DNA from: Eutreptiella sp. 'Long Island Sound 2002'
Taxonomy: Eukaryota; Protista; Euglenida
Assembly (NCBI GenBank): GCA_964036045.1
Contig: OZ038378.1
Coordinates: 86,738,001 to 86,802,000 of the forward strand
Length of the DNA stretch: 64,000 nt
Reading direction: 5' to 3'
Shown here: positions 12,283 through 22,820 of the stretch, piece after piece
How the letters are laid out: every line of letters starts with the position of its first letter
Numbering within the stretch: the stretch's first letter is position 1
Position numbers and translations under genes: made by a program
The notes under the pieces: generated by a model
Seen by the model: only the letters and a program-made list of their open reading frames with translations
Told to the model about the DNA's origin: nothing
Database searches by the model: none

Positions 12283-12865
12283 CCCCCCCCCCCCCTTTGC
12301 ATAAGCTACGCCCTTGTCCAAGCTACGGTAGGCGTAGGGACCGTAATAATTGTGTACGTAATTTTAATTACGTACGAAATGTAGTGCGGCCACATAAGAC
12401 ATGGGTTTATCGTCATATTTGCCAATTACATGGAGCCATGGACACATGCGACATGCCACATGCATGGCAATTCATTCCCAAGAATTTGAAGTTGCCCGAG
12501 CCCAAACCAGCCCCTAAGCCTCAGCCAAAGACATCTTCAAGTGGTGAGCATGTGCAATTGTTCCGCATGGTGATGGATCGCAAGAAGGGTTTCCAAGCCG
12601 AACATTTGTAGTCTTCGCATTCTTCATTGCTTGTGCCAACATGGTTGTGAACCGGAATTTTTCATGTTCCCAAGGCTGTGTTGTGTTTGCATACACTTGG
12701 AAATGTGGGCAGAGGTCAAGGTGCACTCATACCATGCGCGCGCGCACGTTTGTGTCGATAATTGTATGTGTTGCGTACAAGCTGCGCCCTTGTCCAAGCT
12801 ACAGTGGGCGCAGGGACCGTAATAATTCCGTACATTGGCGTAGCTTATACAAGGGGGGGGGGGGG
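12283..12865. mobile_element. 583-bp MITE-like element, TA target duplication
   Basis: TA|C13-TTTGCATAAGCTACGCC ... GGCGTAGCTTATACAA-G13|TA; ~48-bp subterminal direct repeat at ~12304 and ~12780. Confidence 0.85.
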
Positions 12866-13599
12866 TACTCGTGTGCAACGCAAATTTCAGGCCTCTTTTA
12901 AGCGGGCCCACGAAACAGCCTCAATGATGGCCTCTTCATTTACTCCTTGCCTCTTGTCCAAGGAGCGGAACCCATATAGCAGGTGCAGAACCATTTTTCT
13001 CAGCAATGAACGGCAGTCCACAAGACAGTTAGCACCACAAGCAAGATTTTCATCTTTTGGTACTCCTATTGAGAGCCCGTGGCCTTTGCACCAAGGTCGT
13101 GTTTATCAGGAAACGTCAAGATGGCAATAATAGAAGCCAATAGGTGGCCTAGAGTGAACATGTGTGACCATGTGGTCAATGTCAGTTTTAGCGACAAATT
13201 TTAGTTTTGCCACACCGAGGGAAGGGGGGAGGGGTGCACACGGATACGCGGCGCCATGTTGTGCCTCTATTAAGGTGATGATTTTTTAGTATCTCTTTGA
13301 ATGTGGTGCTTTGAGTTTTCCACTCTTTTTCTATGTTTGAGACTATGTGATGGCTAGTGACTCGCAAACAGAATCCACCGCAAAGCAAAGGTATTTGCCG
13401 AGGATAAAATGATGCCCGCATTCTCTCCCTAGAGAGCTAGATTGAACGCAATTTTTTTGCTTTTTGCCCAAAAATTAATACATTAACCTAAAGTTGACGC
13501 TTTTTCGATGGGGTTTAGGGTGCTCCTAGTGAAAATTACGGCCCCCATGAGGTGCTTTGTGGGTTCAGGTGTCATTTTCATCCAGGGGTTGGTTGGGGG

Positions 13600-16127
13600 G
13601 TTCTACCGGTGTCATCTTTGAAAAATATTGAAATGGCCGCCGGCTTGAATTTTTTGCTTGAATTTTTGCCTAATATTTGGCATGTTAAATATTAACGTAC
13701 CGCCGACATTAATATTAACCTAGTAGAAATTAATCTTGCCCTGCAGAGATTAACCCCCCCTACAAAAGCAAAACAACACGTAAAACATGCCTTTTGAATG
13801 TTTATGTTTTTGCTGTAGGGCCCATGTGGTCCATCGGGCCGTTAGCGGGATCCTCATACCTCCATTGTCCCCGTTGCGGGGTCCCACATCCTTGTGGTTT
13901 GGGCTGTGTGCTTACCGGGTTTGTCGGCTTTCAGGTTAGTGTTGGGGTTAGTTGGGGCGTTGGTCGAGGGGTTAGTGGGGCTAGACGGGAGTTGGGGTTT
14001 TCTTTGGGGGTGCCCCCCCCCCCCTAGGCACCTTAGGCACTGTGCTTTGTGTTTGTGTGCAGTTCACCGGCACCGTAGGCACGGTGGTGCGTGCTTGTGT
14101 TCAATTCACCGGTACTTTGAGCAGTGTGCTACGTGTTCGTTTGGAGTTCACCAGCACTTCCGGCACAATGCTTTGTGGTGTTTGCACTTCACCGGCACCC
14201 AATAGGCACTGCGATGTGTGCTTGTGTGCACTTCATCGGCACCGTAGGCACGCTAGTGCCTGTTTGTGTTCACTTAACCGGCACTTGAAGCATTGTGCTA
14301 CGTGTTGGTTTGCACTTTGCCGTCACCTTAGCCAGTGTGTTGCGTGGTTGTTTCGAGTTAACTGGCACTTCCGGCACTGTGCTGCGTGGTGGTTTGCACT
14401 TCATCGGCACCTTAGGCGGTGTGCTGCGTATTGCATTCCTTGTTGGCGGTGGGCGTCCGCCTCCTCAGCGGACGGGAAGTGGAGGGTGCGGGCCACTGTG
14501 TAGAAGGTGGTGCTCCCGGGGTATTCCACCCACACAGCAACACTCTTCCGTTGACGGACACCGCGGACACTGCCCATCTCCCCCCCCCCCCCCCGTAGGG
14601 GAGGTGGACCACCCGCCCGACGATTGGGTCATGGGGCTCTTTGGGGGCAGGGGCCTCCTTGGGGGTAGCGGTCTCCTTGGGGGCGGGGGTAGCCTTGGTG
14701 GTTGTGGTGGTTGTGCTGTTAGTCTTGGGAGCATAGGTGGGCTTTCTGGCCTTGTTGTTGTCTAGAGGGGGGGGTCTGCTTTCTGCCCAACCAGATGGCC
14801 ACATAGGAGGAGTTATCCGACTCCTAAATGGGCTTCTGCCTCTTGCCAATACGTTTGCTTGTAGGGGCTTGGGCCTTGCCCTGGGGGGGGGGGGTTGGCG
14901 GTGTTGGTGGACGCCCCCCTCCCTCCTCCTCGCCACTAACCTCTCCCCAACCCCCACCCATTGCACCCCACAACCCCTCATCTTGTCCCCCCGCAAACCC
15001 CACCACACGATTCATGAGTAATAATTTGCCAGTTAGGTGTAACGGTGAGGCTCCAGAGGATTGGTGTCCCGTAGCCGTGTTTAACGCATTGCGGGACGTA
15101 CCATTTTGACTCAGAAAGCGCAAAGTAGCAGGAGCGAAAAAACTAGGGCTGGGTGACCGCCCACTCCTTCATTTGCAGGCATTCAAGGATCTACTAGTCC
15201 CAGTGAATAACCCCACCCCTGAGGTGATAGATGAAATGCGTGCTATGTGGACCGTCTCACAGAGCAAGGACTCCAGCCCCAATTCTGATGAGATTTAGGA
15301 GACGTATGGTGCCATAGGGGATGCAAAAAGTGATGTCGATGCCCTCTCCCCTGCCTTTGAACCGATAGTCCACCAAGATGTACCCCTTGCCCCCCTGATT
15401 GTTCAATACCCTGCGAGTGAAGGCAGTCCCAGAGTGGAGTTTCAATATAATGTGGACGCCGAGGTGTGCAAAGCCATGAAGCAAGGGACAATGACTGAGT
15501 GGACACTTGTTGAATTGAAGTCCATTTACAGACTCCATGGTTTCTCAGTACGCCGTACCAAGGCTGAATTGCTGGCTCGTGTGACCGCACACTTCTCGCA
15601 ATTGTACCCTTGAACAAGGGATGTGGGCGTTTAAGGAGCCGGCGCGGCACCCATACTGTGTTGTGCGTGTCTCTTAGTGCAAGGCTTTTCCTGAGGTAGG
15701 GCGTATTGAACACTTTGAGTTTTTTTTTGTTACCCCACCCCATGCCTCACATAGTATGGGCCACTCCTCGGGCCTGTAGTGTGGCAGTGAGCCACGACTT
15801 TTGGCATATCCTCTTAGTTTCCCAATCTCGGAGGCCACCTAGTAGGTTAAGTCCCAAGCGTGCATCTTGGACTGGAATCCTGTGGGGGGCACCTTGGGGT
15901 ACCCCGTGCGCGCCCTGTGCATTGTGCCAGACCACCCCACATTCTTGGCTTGCATCGCGTTCCGCACAATGTCTATAACCTAAAAATAGACAAACAGATG
16001 GGGAAACAAAAAGCCGGGCAAGGTTAATTTTTGAAGCGACATAATTCATTTTTACACGTTACGATTTAATCTCACTTTTTTAATGTGGGCGCCGGCATTC
16101 CAACAATTGAATATTAACATGTACTTA
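13600..16127. mobile_element. Decayed DNA-transposon remnant with coding relics
   Basis: Inverted subterminal motifs (AAATTAATCTTGCCC ~13727 vs GGGCAAGGTTAATTT ~16017; CATGTTAA-TATT); broken ORFs 14412-15123 (-) and ~15110-15600 (+); right end interrupted by the element at 16128. Confidence 0.4.
14030..14430. repeat. Isolated block of the 42-bp minisatellite
   Basis: Reverse-orientation units GTTTGCACTTCACCGGCACC... Confidence 0.85.
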
Positions 16128-16901
16128 GGCGGCTCTTTACGCACGTAGACTTCGTTGCTAAAAGGCACGATTCATGGCGATTTCAACATCCGTTTTTTGC
16201 ACCCAAAAAAAGCATCTCATTTTTTCGGCCAACTCCACGTGTATTTTCATCGTGGGATACAACAACCTCGCCTTTTCTTGCTTCCAGAGGTGCACATATA
16301 CACCCCCTATTCCGGGCTAAAAATTGTATGATTTGAAATTTTTGGGCACTGCGGTGCCCAAAAATTTGAAATGGCTTTTTTCAGTGGGTTCTCCAGTACA
16401 CCTCTGTAGTCATCTCCACGGGTGATGTCCTACTGTAGCAGCAGGCATCAAAACTTGGCATACCCGTTATCAATGGGTCATCGCACCGCGGTGTTATACT
16501 CGGAAGGCCACATATAATGTATGTTGCCCAATCACTTCCATTCCTGTCCAAATGTGCACTTGAAAATGGAATTCCAGTACTTTTGGGCATTGCAGTGTCC
16601 AAAAAATTTGAAACTCCGCATTTCACTCCTATCGGTTCCCATTGCGTAACACCTGACAAAGGACGTATGAATCATTGGACGTTGGTACTCATCCTCTGCT
16701 CATTGGAAATATACTGCCGGTTGTCTGACTGCCACCTTGGAGTGTACGCAGGCTTTGGAATGTTCCACGTCCATTAGGGGATACATTGTTTGGACCTTCG
16801 CTAGCCGCTTTTGGTCTATGCCGCACCAGGTTTGTTTTGTGATGGTGTCTCTGTTTTCTTTGTCCCCTTACCTTTGCTGCCTGCAAACAGGACTTTTGTC
16901 C

Positions 16902-18088
16902 ATGGATGCGGCTCCCTTCCGGCAGTTCCTTAGTTCGAAGGTATATGCTTCACATGAGGATCTATCTGAGGCTGTGGGTAGGCATAAGGGTGCCGATGAG
17001 TTTTGTACGTGGGTGATAGATCTCCGGTTCGAGTGGAGAAGTAGGCGGTCTGTTGGTGAATACATCCAAGAAAGGGACAGGCGGACCGTTAATTGTCCGC
17101 CGGACCAATGGTTCCGTGTTGCTGAGCAAGAGGTTTTTAATAAATGGTTTTTTCCACAGAAGAGGTGTCGTCCACGTGCCAAGAGGGCTGTAGGTGTCCA
17201 ACCCAAGAGTCGTGTGCAACGTAGGTGTTTGGCTCACATGGGTCAATGTTCTTACAGTGTACCCTCCTTTGCTGTTCAAGGAGCAACTGCGTGCACCAGT
17301 CTTTGGCAGACCTTGGAAGGTAAACCCGCTGTCCTATGGTTCGATAATTTTTATAGACGTAACTTCCGGCCTATGCCTGGTAATGAGAACCGGTCCCTTA
17401 ATTGTACAGCCGGTGCTATCATACTCTTGAAACGACCTGTTGACGTTATGCCGTCTTTTCCTAGCCTCTCGGTTTTGCAGCAGAGGATTGGGTACACTGC
17501 AGACTTGTTGGTGCAGAGCCATAAAAACTTCATTGATGGCTTGCAAGGGTTGATGGACGACCCCATCCGCCTTCAACATCTTCGTTGTCCCTTGGACATA
17601 CGACGGGCTAATGTTACCAGCCCAGCTTGGACCCCCTTTTTTCTCACAGACCTAACTGTGTCCGCTACCCCTGACCTTGTCTCTATTATTCACGGGCTCC
17701 AGGAGGTGCAGCAGCACACACAGCACCGTCTTCCACTGTTGGTCGACGAAAATATTCACTACCGTGTCCTTAAGCTCGTTTACAGCATCATCTATGCTCG
17801 GTACAACGTGCCCCTGTTCATTACACGTACCCCGGTAGTGTATGGCACATGGCACCCATATAAATATTGTGTAACCCTGTGCTACAGAAGATTCTTTCCT
17901 TTATTTACCTATTTTTTGCATGGTTCACTCAATTTGGGCACTGCATTGCCACCTTTCCGAAACTCATCTATATGGAGCGTATGATTCTGGTGCTCTTGCA
18001 CTTGGCCCATAAGTGGCGCCAACCTTTGGAACAGAAGTTACTGACTCTAAGGGGTTTGCAGCGACCGGGTAACGCTAATCACAACACA
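16902..18088 (+). pseudogene. Element A transposase, N-terminal half (frameshift ~17955, cut by inversion)
   Basis: VLWFDNF, LLVDENIHYRVLK, YGTWHPYK and PKLIYME align with WVDNW, LLVDCNIHYRVLK, YGVWHPYK and PKLIVIE of the 711-aa ORF. Confidence 0.85.
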
Positions 18089-18934
18089 CTTCTTACACCT
18101 GCCCTCCCCAATTTGCCTTTCATCTTCTGACAAGAGCCGTCCTTTTCCAGCGGTTGCACTGTTGCTTGCACATCGACCAGTCGCAGGTTCCGCTTCTGCA
18201 TCGCCCGCTGGATGGCCCCCATGCTGTTCTGCCCAGTGACGCTATGACCGAGACATTTTCTCGATGCATCAGTGTAGAGGAGAGTCTAGGGGGGTCCATG
18301 CAGTACCTCGTTGTCATCGCCTCCAATAATCTCTCTGATGTCAACAGGACACTTGTGTCTGATCTCCTCGCAGTAGACGTGTTGTAACCAGTCAGGCAGT
18401 GCCCGTGAGTTCGCACAGCATTCTCGGTGAAGTCTTTGGAGTGCCGTCAGGACATGAGCCCCGCCCAAGCAGTAGGGAATTTCAGCAGATACAAAAATGC
18501 ACCACAAGGAGATGGGAGATGGGAGATATCAGCGAGATGGGCACTGCAGTGCCCAAACGACTAGAATCTGTGAAAATGCCAACGCGTGTGTGACAGGATG
18601 GTAGTGTACCTTCGTTTCGCCATATGAGAATGTTTGAGATAGGCCGGCAGGGTGGATTTGTCATCAGGCTTGCGATCCGCGATAGTACTGAGTCCTCGTC
18701 CCTCTCTCTAGTCTGCCCACGCGTCAGGTCGGTGTCAAATTTTATTTTGGTCGGCTGTATCTTGACCAGTTCCTTCTTGATCCACGTTGTCCGAAATGTT
18801 TCCGTTGCCCGGTCTGTCCCCGTCTGCTTCACTGGAGCCTGCCCCGACTGCGCCCGTGTCTTCTCTGCTGTGTGAACGGCTTGCGATGCGGTCTGCTGCT
18901 CATCCCCTTCCGGCAGTTCGGTATCCGAAGGCAT
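18089..18934 (-). pseudogene. 5' part of element A cargo gene (inside the inversion)
   Basis: ATG 18934 preceded by ctttgctaag; a likely intron 18609-18483 joins IWRNE to EIPYCLGG in frame (acceptor reads TG, presumed mutated). Confidence 0.5.
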
Positions 18935-19019
18935 AGCTTAGCAAAGGGGCTAACAAAGGGTCACACGGCACACTACAAAAGGCCACAGGGCTGCAAATTG
19001 TTGATTTACACGCTTCTAA

Positions 19020-20132
19020 TGTTGATGACTACTGGCAGGGCTTGACGATTGAACACAGATGGCAGAAATAGCATCACAGTGGGATGCACCTGGTAAAAAT
19101 CGAGGGTCAAACTCATTCAGCTCCGAAAGGACAGCCACGGGGGCATCCGAATCATCACTGTGAACGGACACTGCTTCTAGAGGGGGGGGGGGGGTCCGGG
19201 TCCCATCCATCATCACCCACAAAATTAGCAGCCCTCAGGTCTGGATCTCCGGCTGCCCCACCAGGGGGGGGGGGGGTCCTCATCACTGTCACTGTCGCCA
19301 TCAGCATTGGGGGGGGCGGGTATCCGGGCGGGGTCCCTTCGCGCAAAAGCGCGTGCTAGCCGGGGTCGCTTGTACCGGTCTGGTGTATTACATGCGCGTA
19401 ACATGTCCTGTGGCTGTGCTACTGTTGTGTCCATATCACCTGGAGGACGTTGTGGCACGTGTCTACCCAGCTCTGTCATCACCTCAGCATCAACTTTAAC
19501 AGGTTTAACAAGTGTCTGCAATGTCTTGGCACATAGATCTCGATAATGCTCGGCAGTGAGCACCGTATCTTGTGCGCAAGGAAAATACATCTTGGCAGGA
19601 TCCCACCTGACTTGCACGATACTCGACTTCTGACTCGACGAAACTAGGGGGGTGTAACACCAACATCAAATCGCGCCATCAATCTGGTGAAACGACGATC
19701 AACGAGTTGTGGCGGTCCCTTGGGAACATTAACGTACTGTATGTCCTTTGGGGCCTGGTCTGCAACGGGAGTGAGTATAAACAGGTCATCCACTTGTTGC
19801 AACGTACAGTTCCCAGGGTGTTGTGCCATTAAGTGCACAACACGGCTTAACAGGGCCTCACACGGTTCCTCACTGTGTGCCACCCCAGGTAAGCGGGCAA
19901 ACCACTGGGACCACAACAACCTAGCAACAACAATGGTGCGCACATATTCAATTTTGTCCTCGTAACCTAAGGTGAGCCTCAAAAGGACGTGTAGGCAACG
20001 GCTCAGCAATGGCCCTGCAGGGTGCTGCTCTCCGTGTGCAGACCAATGACAATCCCTCACTTGCGACCCAATAATAAACAAGGCTGGAATGTAACCATAC
20101 AGCAGCGTTACCAACCCTTGCACCTGGGACAA
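19020..20132 (-). pseudogene. Element A transposase, C-terminal half (inverted)
   Basis: LSQVQGLVTLLYGYIPALFIIG, KIEYVRTI, GVAHSEEPCEALLS and MYFP...TLV align with LRGLESLLNYYLPAIFVVG, KMDYVRTI, GAAHVEECCEALLA and TYVFP...TLV of the 711-aa ORF. Confidence 0.85.
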
Positions 20133-22143
20133 GTGGCCGCTCAAATTTGGACTGAAGTGCAGAGAGGCAAAGCGAAAGAGATGCTGCTGGTGGCTCTGCG
20201 GAAGTGTGGCCGGCTGGGTGAGAAAACATCTGTGGTATGAGAGATGCACGATGAGACCACCGTTGTCGGTCCTTTGCGTACCTGTCGCCTGTCCAACATT
20301 GTATGCCTGCCAGGACTCAATCCGGAAGAATTGGAGACCGCTGGTTTCATAGCTGCAGATATCTGGTGGCCGCGTGGCTGAGTTTGTTGACACCTTTGAG
20401 AAGACTGCCGGTGAAGGTACTGTGTCCTCTGAGTAGCTGTTTTCGTCGTCTTTTGGTGTTCATGGGAACTGCAGTGCCCAAAATTCGATGCGACCCTAAT
20501 TTTTGCACTAGAGTGCTCAATCCCTACACTCTGCGGCCGTTGACGGGACTGTATGGCGACCAGATGGATGAAATACTGCTGTACATGGTTGGGGATGGGG
20601 CCAAGATCGCAAGACTACATGCCAAGGCCAGACTGTTGAAACGGGACCGCCTGTGGGAGATGCTGTACCTTCACCCGGACAACACGCTCATCCATCCTCC
20701 TCGACGTATGTTTATGGGGCGGCAAGGTCTGGCGCGATCGCTGTTGACCCCCCCCCCCCCGACACACGACGTAAGGCTCTTTGGATCCCAATGGTACCAG
20801 TGGTCTCCTGTTCTAACAGTGAACGTGCATGAAATGCAAAGAGTTCGCAAACTGCTTGCAAAGTCGCCGAGGGCCGCCAAATTGTCACTAGGGAAATGGA
20901 CCTGGAGTGCCGAAAATCCTTTACCAAGCTGGGACACCATCCAGAAAGCACCGCTGTGGCAGGATGAGGAATGGGCTCACCTGAGGATTGCGCTGGCGAG
21001 GCGTGTCAAGGAAACTGCACTGACAGCGACTGATGGGGAGAAATCAACAACTATCTGGCTTAACAAGCCGCAGGACGGGACTGAAGCAACTGGAGCTCGG
21101 GCAGAGGCAATTGTGTTGGTTCCTGGCAAGGCTATCCCGTATACGATTGCATTGAGGGAGTACAAATTGGTATGCAACCATTAGGCATAAAAATGGGATT
21201 GATTTCGCATTGCTGGTCACTTTAGGCACTGCAGTGCCCATCTGTAATGAAATGTCTCTTTCACAACAGGTCTTCATTGAGTGTACGAAGGAACAAATGG
21301 ACGATATCCATCCGCTGGTGCTTAAGGTTGCTGGGAAGCTGGTACCTGTGGCTTTTGGTGGAATGGCGGCCGATGTTAAGTTTCTGGTTAATCAGTTGCG
21401 CGACTCTGAGGAGTGTGGAGGCTGGCAGTATATTATGACCTCTTTTTTTGATCAGGCAGTCGGTCACCCGACCTATCGGTTCGAGGAGAGGACTATTTGC
21501 TTCTGTGTCCCAGACAAGTTTGGGGTGAAGGTCCCGAATATTTTCATTTGCGATCAGGGTGCATACGGCAGCACCATTGGTCTGGCAGCGGCTGGATGGC
21601 TCCTGCGTGTGCTTGGTATTGTTCCCCGACGCGACAGGCAGTCTGAGGATGAAGTGTGGCTCCTGCTTTTGACAGCATCGGCTGTATTGCCAGCACAGCT
21701 CCTGTCCTGCCTTCCTGAGTCCCCTTGTTTGGCAGCTTGTTTCACTGGGCGCCAAGGTTTGTTTCACGAGTTCTGTGAACAGCTAGCAGTGTATGTGCGG
21801 GAGATGGACTGTGTTTACTTGGTTAACTGGGACGCTTGGATGCCAAGGATTAGGGAATGTATGCCAGTTGTGGTGCAGAGGCCTGGCGACGGGGAAGATG
21901 AGGAGGGGGGGGGACGATGTGGAGGAAGAGGAGGAGGAGCAGATCATGATGGTCGGAGGTGGTGACAGCAAGAAGAGGAGCACACCCAGCAAGAAGAAGC
22001 CGTCCTCCGACGACAGTGGGGATGAGGTTGATGATCCCCCCAAAAGGCCAGCCAAAAAGGCCAAGCACAGTACCCCCCTCAATATGTTTCGCGCCAAAGT
22101 AGGTCAGGCCAAGGGTAAGAAGGCTCCCCCAAAGAAGAAGTAG
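20133..22143 (+). pseudogene. 3' part of element A cargo gene, unknown function, basic C-terminal tail
   Basis: GT-AG introns 20417-20513 and 21170-21269 join KTAGE|VLNPY and REYKL|VFIEC in frame; G-run frameshift ~21905; homologous fragment at 47408-47798. Confidence 0.7.
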
Positions 22144-22820
22144 ACTGCGTTGCGCGGTTGGCAGTGCCTGTGTCTATGTCAGTAGTTTTTTTGCCTCGAT
22201 TTGCACACTGTCGCGCGTCGTATTCTATGCAGGTGTGAGACTGGTGCCCTTTTTCATGTTTTGCTAATTTTGGGCGCTGCAATGCCCAAATTTAGCGACT
22301 CCCCATTTTACCCCTGCAACGCCATTTCTTTTGCAGGCATTGTTGCCCTCATTTATCATTGGATTGCCTGCACCGGCGGCGCCTCCGTTGTTTGTTGGCA
22401 CCACTGGTGGTGCATTCTTTCTCACGCTTGGCATACAATCACAGTGACTGGGTCAGCAGACGCGGTAACAAAAAGCAAACCAGAGTTTTGCATGTGTTTG
22501 CCTCTCATCCTCCTTGCTTCATTTTTTAGGTTGCATTTTGCGGTGTGGTTTGAAATGCAGCAGCGGATGATTTGGAACAATTGGATTTTTCTTCGGATGG
22601 ACACTGCAGTGCCCAAGTTTGAAGGGGATACATGACTTTTGACTGGCACATGTAGTACCCCCTACACACAGTCATTTTGGATAATTCACAGGTTTTTTGG
22701 GGTGTTCCCTGCAGAGCACAATTGTGCAAAGTTTTAAAGTGGTTTTTCGGCCCCCTTTTTCGGGTGGTACCCATTTGGGAACTGTGGCAATTTTGCTACG
22801 TGCGTATAGAGCCGCCTAAG

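Larger units (their letters stand above)
16128..22816 (+). mobile_element. TIR DNA transposon with both ends (element A, 6689 bp): DUF6589/KDZ-like transposase plus large intron-containing cargo gene
   Basis: 21-bp TIR GGCGGCTCTTTACGCACGTAG / CTACGTGCGTATAGAGCCGCC (1 mismatch), flanked by CTTA and TAAG; internal ORFs homologous to 60946-63081. Confidence 0.88.

Noticed and set aside
17935-17952. Additional family palindrome
   Set aside because: Partial match inside transposase coding sequence aligned to the C copy; probably chance
21535-21640. DPPY-like methyltransferase motif (FICDQGAYG...LLRVL)
   Set aside because: The homologue keeps only DQG; no SAM-binding motif I was found
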